From an uncultured Desulfobacter sp. (GTDB lineage: Bacteria > Desulfobacterota > Desulfobacteria > Desulfobacterales > Desulfobacteraceae): 64,000 nt of DNA. This document shows, one piece after another, positions 10,174 through 19,253 of the stretch (within the stretch, counting starts at the first letter, position 1; every line of letters begins with the position of its first letter). The stretch covers positions 6,272,001 through 6,336,000 of the forward strand of contig OY762069.1 of the NCBI GenBank assembly GCA_963665095.1, given 5' to 3'. A model generated the notes under the pieces. The model did not search any database and was not told where the DNA came from. It saw only the letters and a program-made list of their open reading frames with translations. A program made the position numbers and the translations under genes.

Positions 10174-11073
10174 CACGGCTTTCGTTCAAAGCACAACCAG
10201 CACATGGCTGTCGCTGAGATACGTCAAAAGTGTTACGAGCTGAATATAAACTGGATTTTAAGCGCAGATATTACCGGTCTATTCGATAATATTGACCATG
10301 GTCTACTCCGGGAGGCGATACGAATCAGGGTAAATGATGGCGGCATCTTACGGCTGGTCGGCAAGTGGCTGAACGCCGGTGTACTCGAAGGTGACAACAT
10401 TGAATATCCAGATAAAGGAACGCCCCAGGGCGGTGTGATTTCACCAGTACTCAGTAACATCTTTCTGCATTACGTGCTGGACGACTGGTATGTCAAGACG
10501 GTTCAACCGCGTATGAAGGGCAAGTGTTTCCTGATTCGATTTGCCGATGATTTTATCATCGGGTTTCAATTGGAATCAGACGCCCAAAGACTGATGGAAG
10601 TGCTGCCAAAGCGTTTTGAGCGGTATTCCCTGTCTCTTCATCCACAAAAGACACGTCTGATACCTTTTGGAAAGCCGACGCAAAAGGGTAAACCCCAAGG
10701 GACCTTTGATTTTCTTGGGTTCACATATTACTGGGGCAGAAGCCTGAAAGGCAACTGGGTGATCAAAAAGAAGACCGCGCGTAAAAGGCGCAATCGCTTT
10801 ATGCGCATGCTATGGAGTTGGTGCAAGGCAAACAGGCACGAGACCTTACGCGAGCAGCATGAAACACTGTGCAGTAAGCTTAAAGGGTATTATCAATATT
10901 TCGGAGTACGGGGTAACTATAAGGTACTGGAAGTGGTGTACGAATACGCCTTAAAAGCCTGGAAACATTGGCTTGGCAGAAGACATCGGAACGGCAAGCT
11001 CAGCTTCAGGAAGTTTGGTAAACTTCTTGCCCGCTATCCGTTACCGTCGCCACGGATTGTACACAATATCTGA
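10174..11073 (+). pseudogene. ltrA: Group II intron reverse transcriptase/maturase, N-terminally truncated
   Basis: Begins abruptly at HGFR (RT2) immediately after the transposon end. Has ADITGLFDNI, GTPQGGVISP, RFADDF, FDFLGF and an X domain; no endonuclease domain. Confidence 0.9.
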
Positions 11074-11230
11074 AATGACCTGTAGGGTAGCAAAGTTATA
11101 CGCCAATCGGGGTGTCGCCTGGTTGGTTGACGGCTCGGTAAAAAGAGCCTGAATCGAGGAACCGTATGAGGGAAATCTTCACGTACGGATTTGTGGGGAG
11201 GGCGTCGGGTAACCGATGCCTTTACCCGGA

Positions 11231-11340
11231 AGCCGACCCGGGGGGCTAGCGGCTTTTCGAAAGCCCTTGGTTTTCGAAAAAACTTGGCTTCGATAACCTG
11301 CTTGGTTATATGCCCCGGCCGGCTGAGCTCCCCGTTCTCT
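11231..11340 (+). repeat. attC1, right part
   Basis: AGCCGACCCGGGGG...CCCCGGCCGGCTGAGC-TCCCC-GTT, colinear with and similar to attC2. Confidence 0.8.
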
Positions 11341-11355
11341 AAACGGAGGATCTAC

Positions 11356-11781
11356 ATGAAAAAAATCTTTATAATTTTAATGATGTTTATCATGTTTTTA
11401 CCGAATATTTGCATATCAGGAACATCTGACCCATATAGTTCAATCATGCATTTAGGCGAGATAGCAAGAAATGCTATCCCAAAAGAAAAACCGGGAAGAT
11501 TAAGAGCGTATCTGCTTCCTGTAGGTCAAAAAAAGAAACAATCTATAAAAGATCTGACTGAAGCCTTGAGTCTTGAAAAAGGAAGAAGTGGATATTTTGC
11601 ACTGTTGTCATATGATCAAGAAAAATTAGTATCAACAATTCTGGCAGTCCTTCCCACTATCGAAAATAGATGCTTTTGCAAACTTTCTGTAATATATGTT
11701 GGGTCTAAACGGCATAAAGATTTAATCTCAAACGCCTTTTTACATACAGGTGCTACGTTTATATTTAAAGAATATAGATAA
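11356..11781 (+). CDS. Cassette 2: small hypothetical exported protein
   Basis: GGAGG ribosome-binding site, ATG at 11356 and a MKKIFIILMMFIMFL signal-like N-terminus. Confidence 0.7.
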   Translation: MKKIFIILMMFIMFLPNICISGTSDPYSSIMHLGEIARNAIPKEKPGRLRAYLLPVGQKKKQSIKDLTEALSLEKGRSGYFALLSYDQEKLVSTILAVLPTIENRCFCKLSVIYVGSKRHKDLISNAFLHTGATFIFKEYR

Positions 11782-11796
11782 GGAATCGAAATAAAA

Positions 11797-11925
11797 ACAT
11801 AACAATCCGCTACCGGCCGACCCGGGGGGCTATCGACTTTTTGAAAGTCCTCGGTTTATGAAAGGACTTTGCTTTTACAACGCGCTCGGTAACTTGCCCC
11901 CGGTCGGCTAGGCTTATCGTTGGCT
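11797..11925 (+). repeat. attC2 (intact, about 129 bp)
   Basis: ACATAAC-AATCCGCT..GCCGACCCGGGGG...CCCCCGGTCGGC..TTATC-GTTGGCT, with an internal AAAGTCCT/AGGACTTT stem. Confidence 0.8.
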
Positions 11926-11973
11926 TTCAAAATCCCGACAAAGAATCATGAATCAAATTTTCGTTTGAACTTC

Positions 11974-12006
11974 TTGACAGAATTTAAAATAAATGTACAA
12001 TTGTAC
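11974..12006 (+). promoter_or_regulatory. Sigma70 promoter of the toxin-antitoxin cassette with overlapping palindromic operator
   Basis: TTGACA-16 nt-TACAAT, with perfect palindrome GTACAATTGTAC at 11995-12006. Confidence 0.7.
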
Positions 12007-12008
12007 TT

Positions 12009-12401
12009 ATGAGGATAATAGCAGATACAAATACATTTTTGGCAGTTACTTTATACGAACCGGAAAGAGACCGCATTATCAATCTTTCTATAGGGCATGA
12101 ACTGATCGCACCAGAAGTACTACCGTTTGAAATTGGTAATGCTTTATCTGCCATGCTGAAAAGACAAAGAATAAGCAAAGAAGAACTGCCTGATATTTGG
12201 CATGCAACTCAAAAGATACCTGTCGATCTGCGAAGTATTGATATTCCTCAAGCTCTTGAGATTGCCTCTGAATTTAATATCTATGCTTATGATGCCTATT
12301 TTCTGACATGCGCTCTTTCTCTGCACAGCCCGCTACTTACCCTTGATCGTAGAATGATCGAAGTCGCAAATAATTTAGGTATACAGACTTTGGAGGTATA
12401 A
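12009..12401 (+). CDS. vapC: Cassette 3: VapC-family PIN-domain toxin
   Basis: IIADTN, E at PFEIGNA, YAYDAY and LLTLD acidic PIN motifs; 130 aa. Confidence 0.88.
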   Translation: MRIIADTNTFLAVTLYEPERDRIINLSIGHELIAPEVLPFEIGNALSAMLKRQRISKEELPDIWHATQKIPVDLRSIDIPQALEIASEFNIYAYDAYFLTCALSLHSPLLTLDRRMIEVANNLGIQTLEV

Positions 12402-12403
12402 CA

Positions 12404-12628
12404 ATGAAAGTATTTACATACTCAGAAGCTCGACAAAAACTATCCACGGTCTTGGATATGGCACGATCTGAAGAAGTGGTGATAAAACGTCGAGGGGGAG
12501 AAATGTTTACCGTGCTATTTAAACAGGCCCCAAAATCTTCCCCATTTGATGTGCCTGGAGTAAAAACTAAAGCCTCTACAGGTGATATTCTTGATGCTAT
12601 TCGAGATTCACGCTCACGGAATATTTAA
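12404..12628 (+). CDS. Cassette 3: Phd/YefM-family antitoxin
   Basis: TYSEARQKLSTVLD..EEVVIKRRG, 74 aa, 2 nt after vapC with a GGAGG ribosome-binding site. Confidence 0.85.
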   Translation: MKVFTYSEARQKLSTVLDMARSEEVVIKRRGGEMFTVLFKQAPKSSPFDVPGVKTKASTGDILDAIRDSRSRNI

Positions 12629-12630
12629 TC

Positions 12631-12690
12631 AAATAACAAGCACACGGCATTGCACCGGACTCGCGGTGCTCGCCGGTGAATTTTACGTTA
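12631..12690 (+). repeat. attC3 (short type); its R' box is interrupted by intron 2
   Basis: AAATAAC...TGCACCGG..CCGGTGAA-TTTTAC-GTTA. Joined to GAT at 13525 it gives a canonical GTTAGAT. Confidence 0.7.
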
Positions 12691-13524
12691 TCGCGCCGAG
12701 CAAAGCTCGGCGTATCTTGCAGGGTGAAAGTCCCTGTCGGATGAAATCCAGTAATGGGTTTCAGCAAGGGTTAGCCACCCACCCGTATCGAGCCTTGGAC
12801 CCATGGCGGAGATATACCGGCTATTGTAAGTTAGGACGCTAAGTAAACTTGGCTGGAAACGAGCTGCACCCGGAATCCCGAATAAAAGTGCAGATGGACT
12901 CACCCAACTGAAAGATCAATAAAAAGGATATCGAACAAGATGGGTTAAGCGTAGGCAGAGCATCCTGTAGGCCGCAGGGGAGACCGCGTTCCCTGAAGTG
13001 CTGGTACAGCTTCGAGAGAGCAACCCGCGGACGCCGAGGGTTTTAACGGTCGCCGAAGGCAACACAGAAGCATCCGTAATCGGCGAGGATGTGAAGGTCC
13101 GCCGGAGTCAACAGGCCGTGGCATGCAGGAAGAGATACGCTGTAGAACTCGGGAAGCCCCATTGTGCTCCTGGCATGAATTATACAAAATTCAGGTGGGT
13201 CGTTGCAAAGCGGCTATATGCCATTGGGGTGTCTTATCAGGCATAGTACTCAGAGGTTGGGAAAGCCGGCCACACACATGCGTACACCATGCATGTAAGG
13301 GAAAGGACCTGACGGAAGGACGTAGCCCACAAAGGAAACTCGTGCCGGACATGTAGGGCTGGATAACATGAGCCAACCTCACTGCGGGGAATAGCAATTG
13401 GATCTTGTAACGGGTAACTGTGAAGGTCCGCGCGGAAGCGAGTCTAACCGAAGAACTGGATGCGGGAAAACCGCACGTCCGGGACTGTGCGAGGGGCGCT
13501 GGGTGACTGGCGTTCCTACCGCGA
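12691..13524 (+). mobile_element. Group II intron 2, ORF-less (intron-encoded protein deleted internally)
   Basis: Domain I landmarks (GGTGAAAGTCC, TAAGCGTAGGCAG, GAAGGCAAC, GGCATG, GAACTCGGGA), domain V GAACTGGATGCGGGAAAACCGCACGTCCGG and domain VI ending TACCGCGA. Only PTSLRGIA codons of the protein remain. Confidence 0.85.
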
Positions 13525-13597
13525 GATCTTCTAAAAACAACGTTGATGGCATAAAGTATGAGTTTAAAAAAATATGGTCTTACAATGCGGAGCAACT

Positions 13598-13903
13598 ATG
13601 GTTACTTGCTATCTAAAATATGTGATTGATCCTTATAAAATCAAAGAGTTCGAAGTTTATGCAAAAATGTGGATACCTTTGGTAAATAAATTTGGTGGAA
13701 CTCATCATGGATATTTTCTACCGCATGAAGGAGCGAATAATATTGCGGTCGCTTTATTCAGCTTCCCATCTCTTGCAGATTATGAAACCTACCGAAATAA
13801 AATGTGGAAAGATTCAGACTGCATGAAAGCATTTGAACATTCTGAAAAAACCAGATGTATCGTTAGTTATGAACGTAGTTTTATGAATCCGATTTTTGAA
13901 TAA
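13598..13903 (+). CDS. Cassette 4: NIPSNAP-family protein
   Basis: MVTCYLKYVIDP..FEVYAKMW..GGTHHGYFLPHEGANNIA..FPSLADYE, with GGAG upstream of ATG 13598. Confidence 0.85.
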   Translation: MVTCYLKYVIDPYKIKEFEVYAKMWIPLVNKFGGTHHGYFLPHEGANNIAVALFSFPSLADYETYRNKMWKDSDCMKAFEHSEKTRCIVSYERSFMNPIFE

Positions 13904-14015
13904 AAAAAACAAAGGGCTTAGGGCACGACGCAGTGCGGAGCAGGACAGCCAGGGTAATCACATCTTATTACTTCTGAACGTATTGAAAGGAGGGCTTGCC
14001 ATGGTCCTGCCCAAA

Positions 14016-14080
14016 GTCCAACGAAACGCTGAAGTCCGATCCGGGTAATTTAGCGGCTTTTTGAAAGGCCCTGTTGGGAC
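14016..14080 (+). repeat. attC4, truncated/degenerate
   Basis: GTCCAAC-GAAAC-GCTGAAGT-CCGATCCGGG..TAGCGGCTTTTTGAAAGGCCCT matches the left half of attC1/attC2; the right arm is missing. Confidence 0.55.
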
Positions 14081-14113
14081 CTGTCAGGCGCAAGTCCCAC
14101 ATGGGTCAATCCG

Positions 14114-14139
14114 GGTCCCGGTTTTTTACCCCCGGGACC
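14114..14139. terminator. Hairpin between the convergent cassette array and fdhE
   Basis: GGTCCCGG/CCGGGACC stem. Confidence 0.4.
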
Positions 14140-14164
14140 TCAGATAACCGTTGAATTATCATTT

Positions 14165-15082
14165 TTACTCTAAAGAATTCCAGAACGTTTCAGCCAGGGG
14201 GAAGTACCCCTTTTCTCGGGCCTGGATTGCAAGTCCGATCATGCCCATGGCCGCAACGTCCATATTGACCGGATCAATGTGCTGACGAAGGTCAATGGTC
14301 AGAAGATAGGATTTGCATGCATTACAGACATTCACCCGCTCTCCTGCCTTGACCGGGCTGTTCTGGTCAAAAAAGTACGCCAGGCTGTCATGGTCCTTGT
14401 TACCGCACTTGGGGCAGATGTGCCGGCTGAAACGCCATTCGTGGGCGCACGCAGGACACTGGAGAAAGCGCTTCCCCCCTTCGCCGATAAGGCCTGCAAT
14501 GGCGGCGTATGATCCGCAGACCGGGCAGTATCCGTGCAGCCACTGGAGATCCTCTATCAGGGGCGCAAAGGCTTTGGCCTGGATCTCCATGAAAGGGCCG
14601 GCAATCTGTGTCAGGGCAAATTTGAAAATGTCGGGTGTCGTGCCTGCCTGTTTTGCAAGCGCCTCCATTTTTTCGGTGTCGTCGTTTACGAAGGCCTGGA
14701 CGCATTCGACCGGGTCAATGCTGTTGTCGGCAAGTGAAGTTTTAATTTTTTCAATATCGGTCCGGATGCCTGGAAATGCGTCGGCCATGGCCGGCAGAAT
14801 CATCAGGGCCGCCTGGGTTAACTCCTGGTGAAAATCCAAAAGCCCTGTAAGGGTAAACAACGGGGCACCGTTGGAAAAACGTTCAGGATCAAACTCAGGA
14901 AAATCGGTATTTTCAGCCTCTTTCAAGGGCTGGGTTTCCTTGAATTCGGCTTTTGCTACCAGCAGGGGGCCAAAGGCTGAAACAAGAGAGGATAGCGCAG
15001 GTTTGCGTGCAGCTAAGTTATCAAGGGCTCTTTTTATTCCCTTTGACGACTGTTCGTGGCAGATTCGTTCTTTCTGGTTCAT
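14165..15082 (-). CDS. fdhE: Formate dehydrogenase accessory protein FdhE
   Basis: CPVCG, CPACAHEW, CPKCG and CNACKSY motifs, downstream of fdhAB. ATG 15082 has GAGGA upstream. Confidence 0.92.
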   Translation of the reverse strand: MNQKERICHEQSSKGIKRALDNLAARKPALSSLVSAFGPLLVAKAEFKETQPLKEAENTDFPEFDPERFSNGAPLFTLTGLLDFHQELTQAALMILPAMADAFPGIRTDIEKIKTSLADNSIDPVECVQAFVNDDTEKMEALAKQAGTTPDIFKFALTQIAGPFMEIQAKAFAPLIEDLQWLHGYCPVCGSYAAIAGLIGEGGKRFLQCPACAHEWRFSRHICPKCGNKDHDSLAYFFDQNSPVKAGERVNVCNACKSYLLTIDLRQHIDPVNMDVAAMGMIGLAIQAREKGYFPLAETFWNSLE

Positions 15083-15174
15083 GGTTGACATCCTCTTAAA
15101 CCGGTAAAGGCCGTCCACAGGATGTGACGCGGCCTTTACCCAAATTATAGGGCTGATATTGCAGCTCTTGGCGG

Positions 15175-15924
15175 TTAAATTTTCATTCCGGCATTCACCA
15201 GGGGTTTTGCAATACTCGCAAAAAACTCTTTCCTGGTCAAGAATGAGGGCACCGGTTTTGCCTGGGCCATGACATAATCGGCATAAAAATCTGGCTCATC
15301 CGTGATCAGGTAGATCACGTTGACACTCTCCTCATCCACGAGCTGGGCTTGGGGAAACTGTTTTTTCACTTCAGTCAGCCGTGAATGGGCCAGTTTGACC
15401 ATATCCTCCCTTTTGCCGTAATTCATGGTCCCGGTGGGGCAGGTGGCCACGCACATGGGCAGAAGACCGTTGCTCACACGGTCATAGCAGGCGTCGCATT
15501 TGACCACGGCACCGGTGGCAGGGTCCCTGCGGGGAATGTCATAGGGGCAGGTGTCCCGCATCTCCTGAAACTGGTCCTTGGACAGCCTGGCAGCCTTGTC
15601 CGTATAAATCACCATACCCGTGACATCATCCAGGAGGACCGCACCGTCCACATAGGCATCAGCAACGGATTTGCATGGCGCATCCGTGCAGTGCCGGCAC
15701 TGGTCCGGGAAAAAATTCCAGACCACCTGGTTCCGTTTGTCATCCTTCAGATGTTCCCTGAACCGGACCACCTTATAGTTAAAGGGGTTCAGATCCGGCG
15801 GGTTCTGATGGGTTCCTTTCTGTTTTGTCTCAATGGCCGGAAGATTATGCCACTCCTTACAGGCCACCTGGCATCCCCGGCATGCAGTGCATCTTGATAC
15901 ATCTATGAAAAAAGCATTGGCCAT
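15175..15924 (-). CDS. fdhB: Formate dehydrogenase iron-sulfur subunit
   Basis: CTACRGCQVAC, CRHC..PC and KCDAC...CVATCP motifs; AGGAG ribosome-binding site. Confidence 0.92.
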   Translation of the reverse strand: MANAFFIDVSRCTACRGCQVACKEWHNLPAIETKQKGTHQNPPDLNPFNYKVVRFREHLKDDKRNQVVWNFFPDQCRHCTDAPCKSVADAYVDGAVLLDDVTGMVIYTDKAARLSKDQFQEMRDTCPYDIPRRDPATGAVVKCDACYDRVSNGLLPMCVATCPTGTMNYGKREDMVKLAHSRLTEVKKQFPQAQLVDEESVNVIYLITDEPDFYADYVMAQAKPVPSFLTRKEFFASIAKPLVNAGMKI

Positions 15925-15995
15925 TTGTATACTCCTTGTTTTGTCAGCGGACGAGACAGTGCCCGCCCGGGCTGAAATCATATTCTAAAGGCGTC

Positions 15996-18900
15996 CTATA
16001 CTGCCAGTTCCTTTAATTTGCCGGCCTTTTTAATATTAACCAGGCAGGCTTTATATTCAGGAATGGTGGTGTTGGGATCCCCTGCGGACGGGGTCAGCCG
16101 GTTGGTAGAATCCCCGACGCCCTTGGTGGTCCAGCCAAAACAGAATGGCATGCCCACTTCGTGGACTGTTTTTCCCTGGATTTTAAACGGCCGCATGCGG
16201 ATGGTCACCATGGCAATGGCCTCCACCTCTCCCCGGACGCTTTCAACCACCACGGGTTCACCGTTCTCAATGCCCTTTTCCTTTGCCAGCTCCGGGCTCA
16301 TCTCAACGTAGAGCTGGGGCTCGGCCTCAAGCAGGGGCGGTGTGTTCCTTGTTTCGCCGCCGCCGCACCAGTGCTCGGTCATGCTGTAGGTGGTCAGGAC
16401 AATGGGGAAGGCCGGGTTGCCGGCACCGCACAGTTTGTCCATCTCCCCGTCCAGAATCACCGCACACGGATTGTTGAGCTGTTTTGAGAAAGGATGCGCC
16501 TTTACAGGCGTTTCAATGGGCTCGTAATGTTCCGGGAACGGACCTTCGGCGCGTCCCGGGCCAAAGAGCTGGCCATGGCCTTCCTTGTGCATGATAAAGG
16601 GATATCTCCCCTTGCCGGAGGCTAAGGGCGGCCATCCGCCGTCGGGCACATCCCCGATCCACTTGGCACCGTCCCAGCGAATTACGGCCTTGTCCAAAGA
16701 CCAGGGCTGGCCGTTCACATCCACGGATGCCCGGTTGTAAAGGATTCTGCGGTTCACAGGCCAGCACCATGAGAAGTTGGGATAAAGGCCGATCTTTGCC
16801 TGCTCCGGGGTCTGGGAAAGGTCCCGGCGTTTGGATTTATTGACCTTGTTGCCAAGCTCCTCTTCGGTGTATCCGCCGGCATAAAGCCAGTTCAAAGAGA
16901 GCGTGGAGCCGTCATCCTTGAGCGCACCAAAGCTTGGCACCTGCTGGCCTTTTTTGTAGAGCTTTCCCTTGATGGTGGTGTCTTTGGTGAACCAGCCGTT
17001 GCACTTCTGGGCAATGCGTTCTGGGTCGTAGGTTTCAGGGAAATCAAGGTTGAGCAGGGGCTCGGGATAGGTTCCCCCTTCCTTTTTATACAGATTCCTG
17101 ACTGTATTGGTGATTTTTACGCACATATCGCCCAGGGCAAGACACTCGCCCTGGGGCTTGGTGGCCTGGTAATGCCAGAGCTGCCAGCGGCCTGAGTTGG
17201 TGATGGAGCCGTCTTTTTCCGCCCGGTTGGCGCTGGGCAGAAGGAAACACTCGGTCTTGATCTTGGACGGATCAACGCCGGGTCTGTGCCAGAAATCCGT
17301 TGACTCGGTGTGGTGCACCTCTGCAAAGCATGCCCAGTCCAGATTATCCATGGCCTTTCTCACCTTGTTGGAGTTGGGAACACTCTGGGCCGGGTTGGTA
17401 CCCCAGATGAATCCGCCCTTGATCTGGCCTTTGTACATCCGGTCAAAGATATACATATAAGAGTAATCCTCGCCGGCATCCGCCTTGGGAATCCAGTCAT
17501 ACCCGAATCCGTTCTTTTTGGTGCCCTTGTCCCCGTACCAGGCTTTAAGCAGGCTGGTGATATAGGCAGGCTTGTGCTGCCACCAGTTGGCGCTTTGGGG
17601 ATCATGACTCACCGGGGTGCATGCCTTGTTGTAGTCATCCAGGGTCTTCCACTGGGCTTTGGGCATGTTCAGGTAACCGGGAAGGATATGCCACAGGATA
17701 CAATGGTCGGTGGATCCCTGGACATTGGGCTCCCCTCTCAGGGCTTCAATGCCGCCGCCGGCCACGCCGATGTTGCCTAAAAGCAGCTGGATCAGGGCGG
17801 AGGCCCGGATGTTCTGGACACCCACGGTGTGCTGGGTCCATCCCAGTGCGTAGCAGATGGCGCCGGCCTTGCCTTTTTTGCCAGTCTCGGCAAAGGTCTG
17901 CCATACCTTGAGCAGGTCTTCCTCTGATACCCCTGTGATGTCCGATACCTTGTCAATGGTGTACCGGGAGTAATGGGTTTTCATGAGCTGGAACACCGAG
18001 CGTTTGTCCTCAAGGGTCTTATCCCTTACAGGCACTCCGTTGCCGTCGGTTTTAAAGGTCCAGGTGCTCTTGTCGTACTTTTTTTTGTCTGCGTTGTACC
18101 CGGTGAACATGCCGTCCTTGAATTCAAAGGCATCGTTGACGATAAACGAGGCATTGGTGTACTCGGTGACATAGGGGGCAAAGTACTTTTTGTTTTCAAT
18201 GATGTAATTGAGGAACCCGCCCAGGAAGGCGAGGTCGGTCCCTGATCTTAGGGGAACATGGAAATCAGCCCTGGCTGATGTCCGCGAAAATTTGGGATCT
18301 ACATGAATGATTTTTGCACCCTTGTCTTTGGCGCGAAGGATCCATTTGAAACTGACGGGGTGATGCTCTGCGGCATTACTTCCCATGATGAAGACACAAT
18401 CGGTATTTTTAAGGTCAATCCAGTGATTGGTCATTGCGCCGCGCCCAAACGACTCTGCCAGAGCCGCTACAGTTGCGCTATGTCAGATCCTGGCCTGATG
18501 ATCAAAGTGGACAAGTCCAAGCCCCCTTGCGGCCTGGTGAACCATGGCACACTCTTCATTGTCCATGATGGAGCAGCCCAGGTGGAAAATGGATTCCACG
18601 CGGTTGACGGTTTCGCCTTTGGCGTTGACCTGTTTAAAATCCCTGTCCCGGGTCTCCTTGATTCTGGCTGCCAGCCGGTTCAGGGTCCAGTCCCATGATT
18701 TTTCCTCCCACTTGCTGCTGTTCGGGGCCCGGTAAAGGGGTTTGAGCAGACGGTGGTGGCTGTTGATCATGGAGAGCTGGGCCGCACCCTTGGCACACAA
18801 GGACCCTTCACTGACCGGATAGTCCGGGTCTCCTTCCGTGCTGACGATCTGCCCGTTTTTCACATGGGCGATGTAATGGCAGGTTACCGCGCAGAAGGGA

Positions 18901-19049
18901 CAGATGGAGATAACTTCCTTTGCTCCGTCAATCTTCATGCCGGCCGCATATGTCTTCACCGGCGAAAGGTTGATTCCCAGCTGCCCGAGGGGAACCATGG
19001 CAGCCCCCATGCCTGCAAGCTTTAGAAAACGACGACGTGTAAATTGCAT
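15996..19049 (-). CDS. fdhA: Periplasmic formate dehydrogenase alpha subunit, selenocysteine-containing (FdnG type)
   Basis: Tat signal TRRRFLK and CPFCAVTC. In-frame TGA at 18483-18485 in HQARI-U-HSATV joins two ORF-track ORFs into one 1017-aa protein. Confidence 0.95.
18449..18467 (-). promoter_or_regulatory. Bacterial SECIS hairpin
   Basis: GCGGCTCT-GGC-AGAGTCGT hairpin starting about 15 nt 3' of the in-frame UGA. Confidence 0.7.
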
Positions 19050-19253
19050 CTTTCCGGATCTCCTTTTTAGTTTATAGTTTCCGGGATACTTAACCAATAT
19101 GCCAAACATGCATAGCGAATCACAAAAAAAAACGATCTGTGAAAGATGCCATACCACAGGTGTGGATACAAAAAAGATACAACAAAAAGCAGCGGAAATT
19201 TCAGGTCCGGCCTGGAAGAGATTAGGGTGGAAAATTTACGCTGACAAAGCCGG

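Larger units (their letters stand above)
7064..11230 (+). mobile_element. Group II intron 1, disrupted, inserted in attC1
   Basis: 5' stub TCGTGCCCAGAT, then an RT/maturase remnant, domain V (GAACCGTATGAGGGAAATCTTCACGTACGGATT) and domain VI ending TACCCGGA. Removing it restores an attC. Boundaries are uncertain by about 2 nt. Confidence 0.8.
5747..14080 (+). mobile_element. Integron-type gene cassette array with no integrase in the window (CALIN-like)
   Basis: Co-oriented AT-rich ORFs, each followed by a RYYYAAC...GTT palindromic attC-like site. Three of the sites share the sequence CCGAYCCGGG..TAKCGRCTTTTYGAAAG. Confidence 0.8.

Noticed and set aside
11191..11355. N-terminal extension of the cassette 2 ORF
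   Set aside because: It runs through intron domains V-VI and attC1; the real start is ATG 11356 with GGAGG.
12582..13616. Several short ORFs of 70-134 aa
   Set aside because: They overlap the structured RNA of intron 2 and show no protein motifs.
18434..18485. fdhA as a split pseudogene
   Set aside because: The stop is an in-frame UGA at the selenocysteine position with a SECIS-like hairpin.
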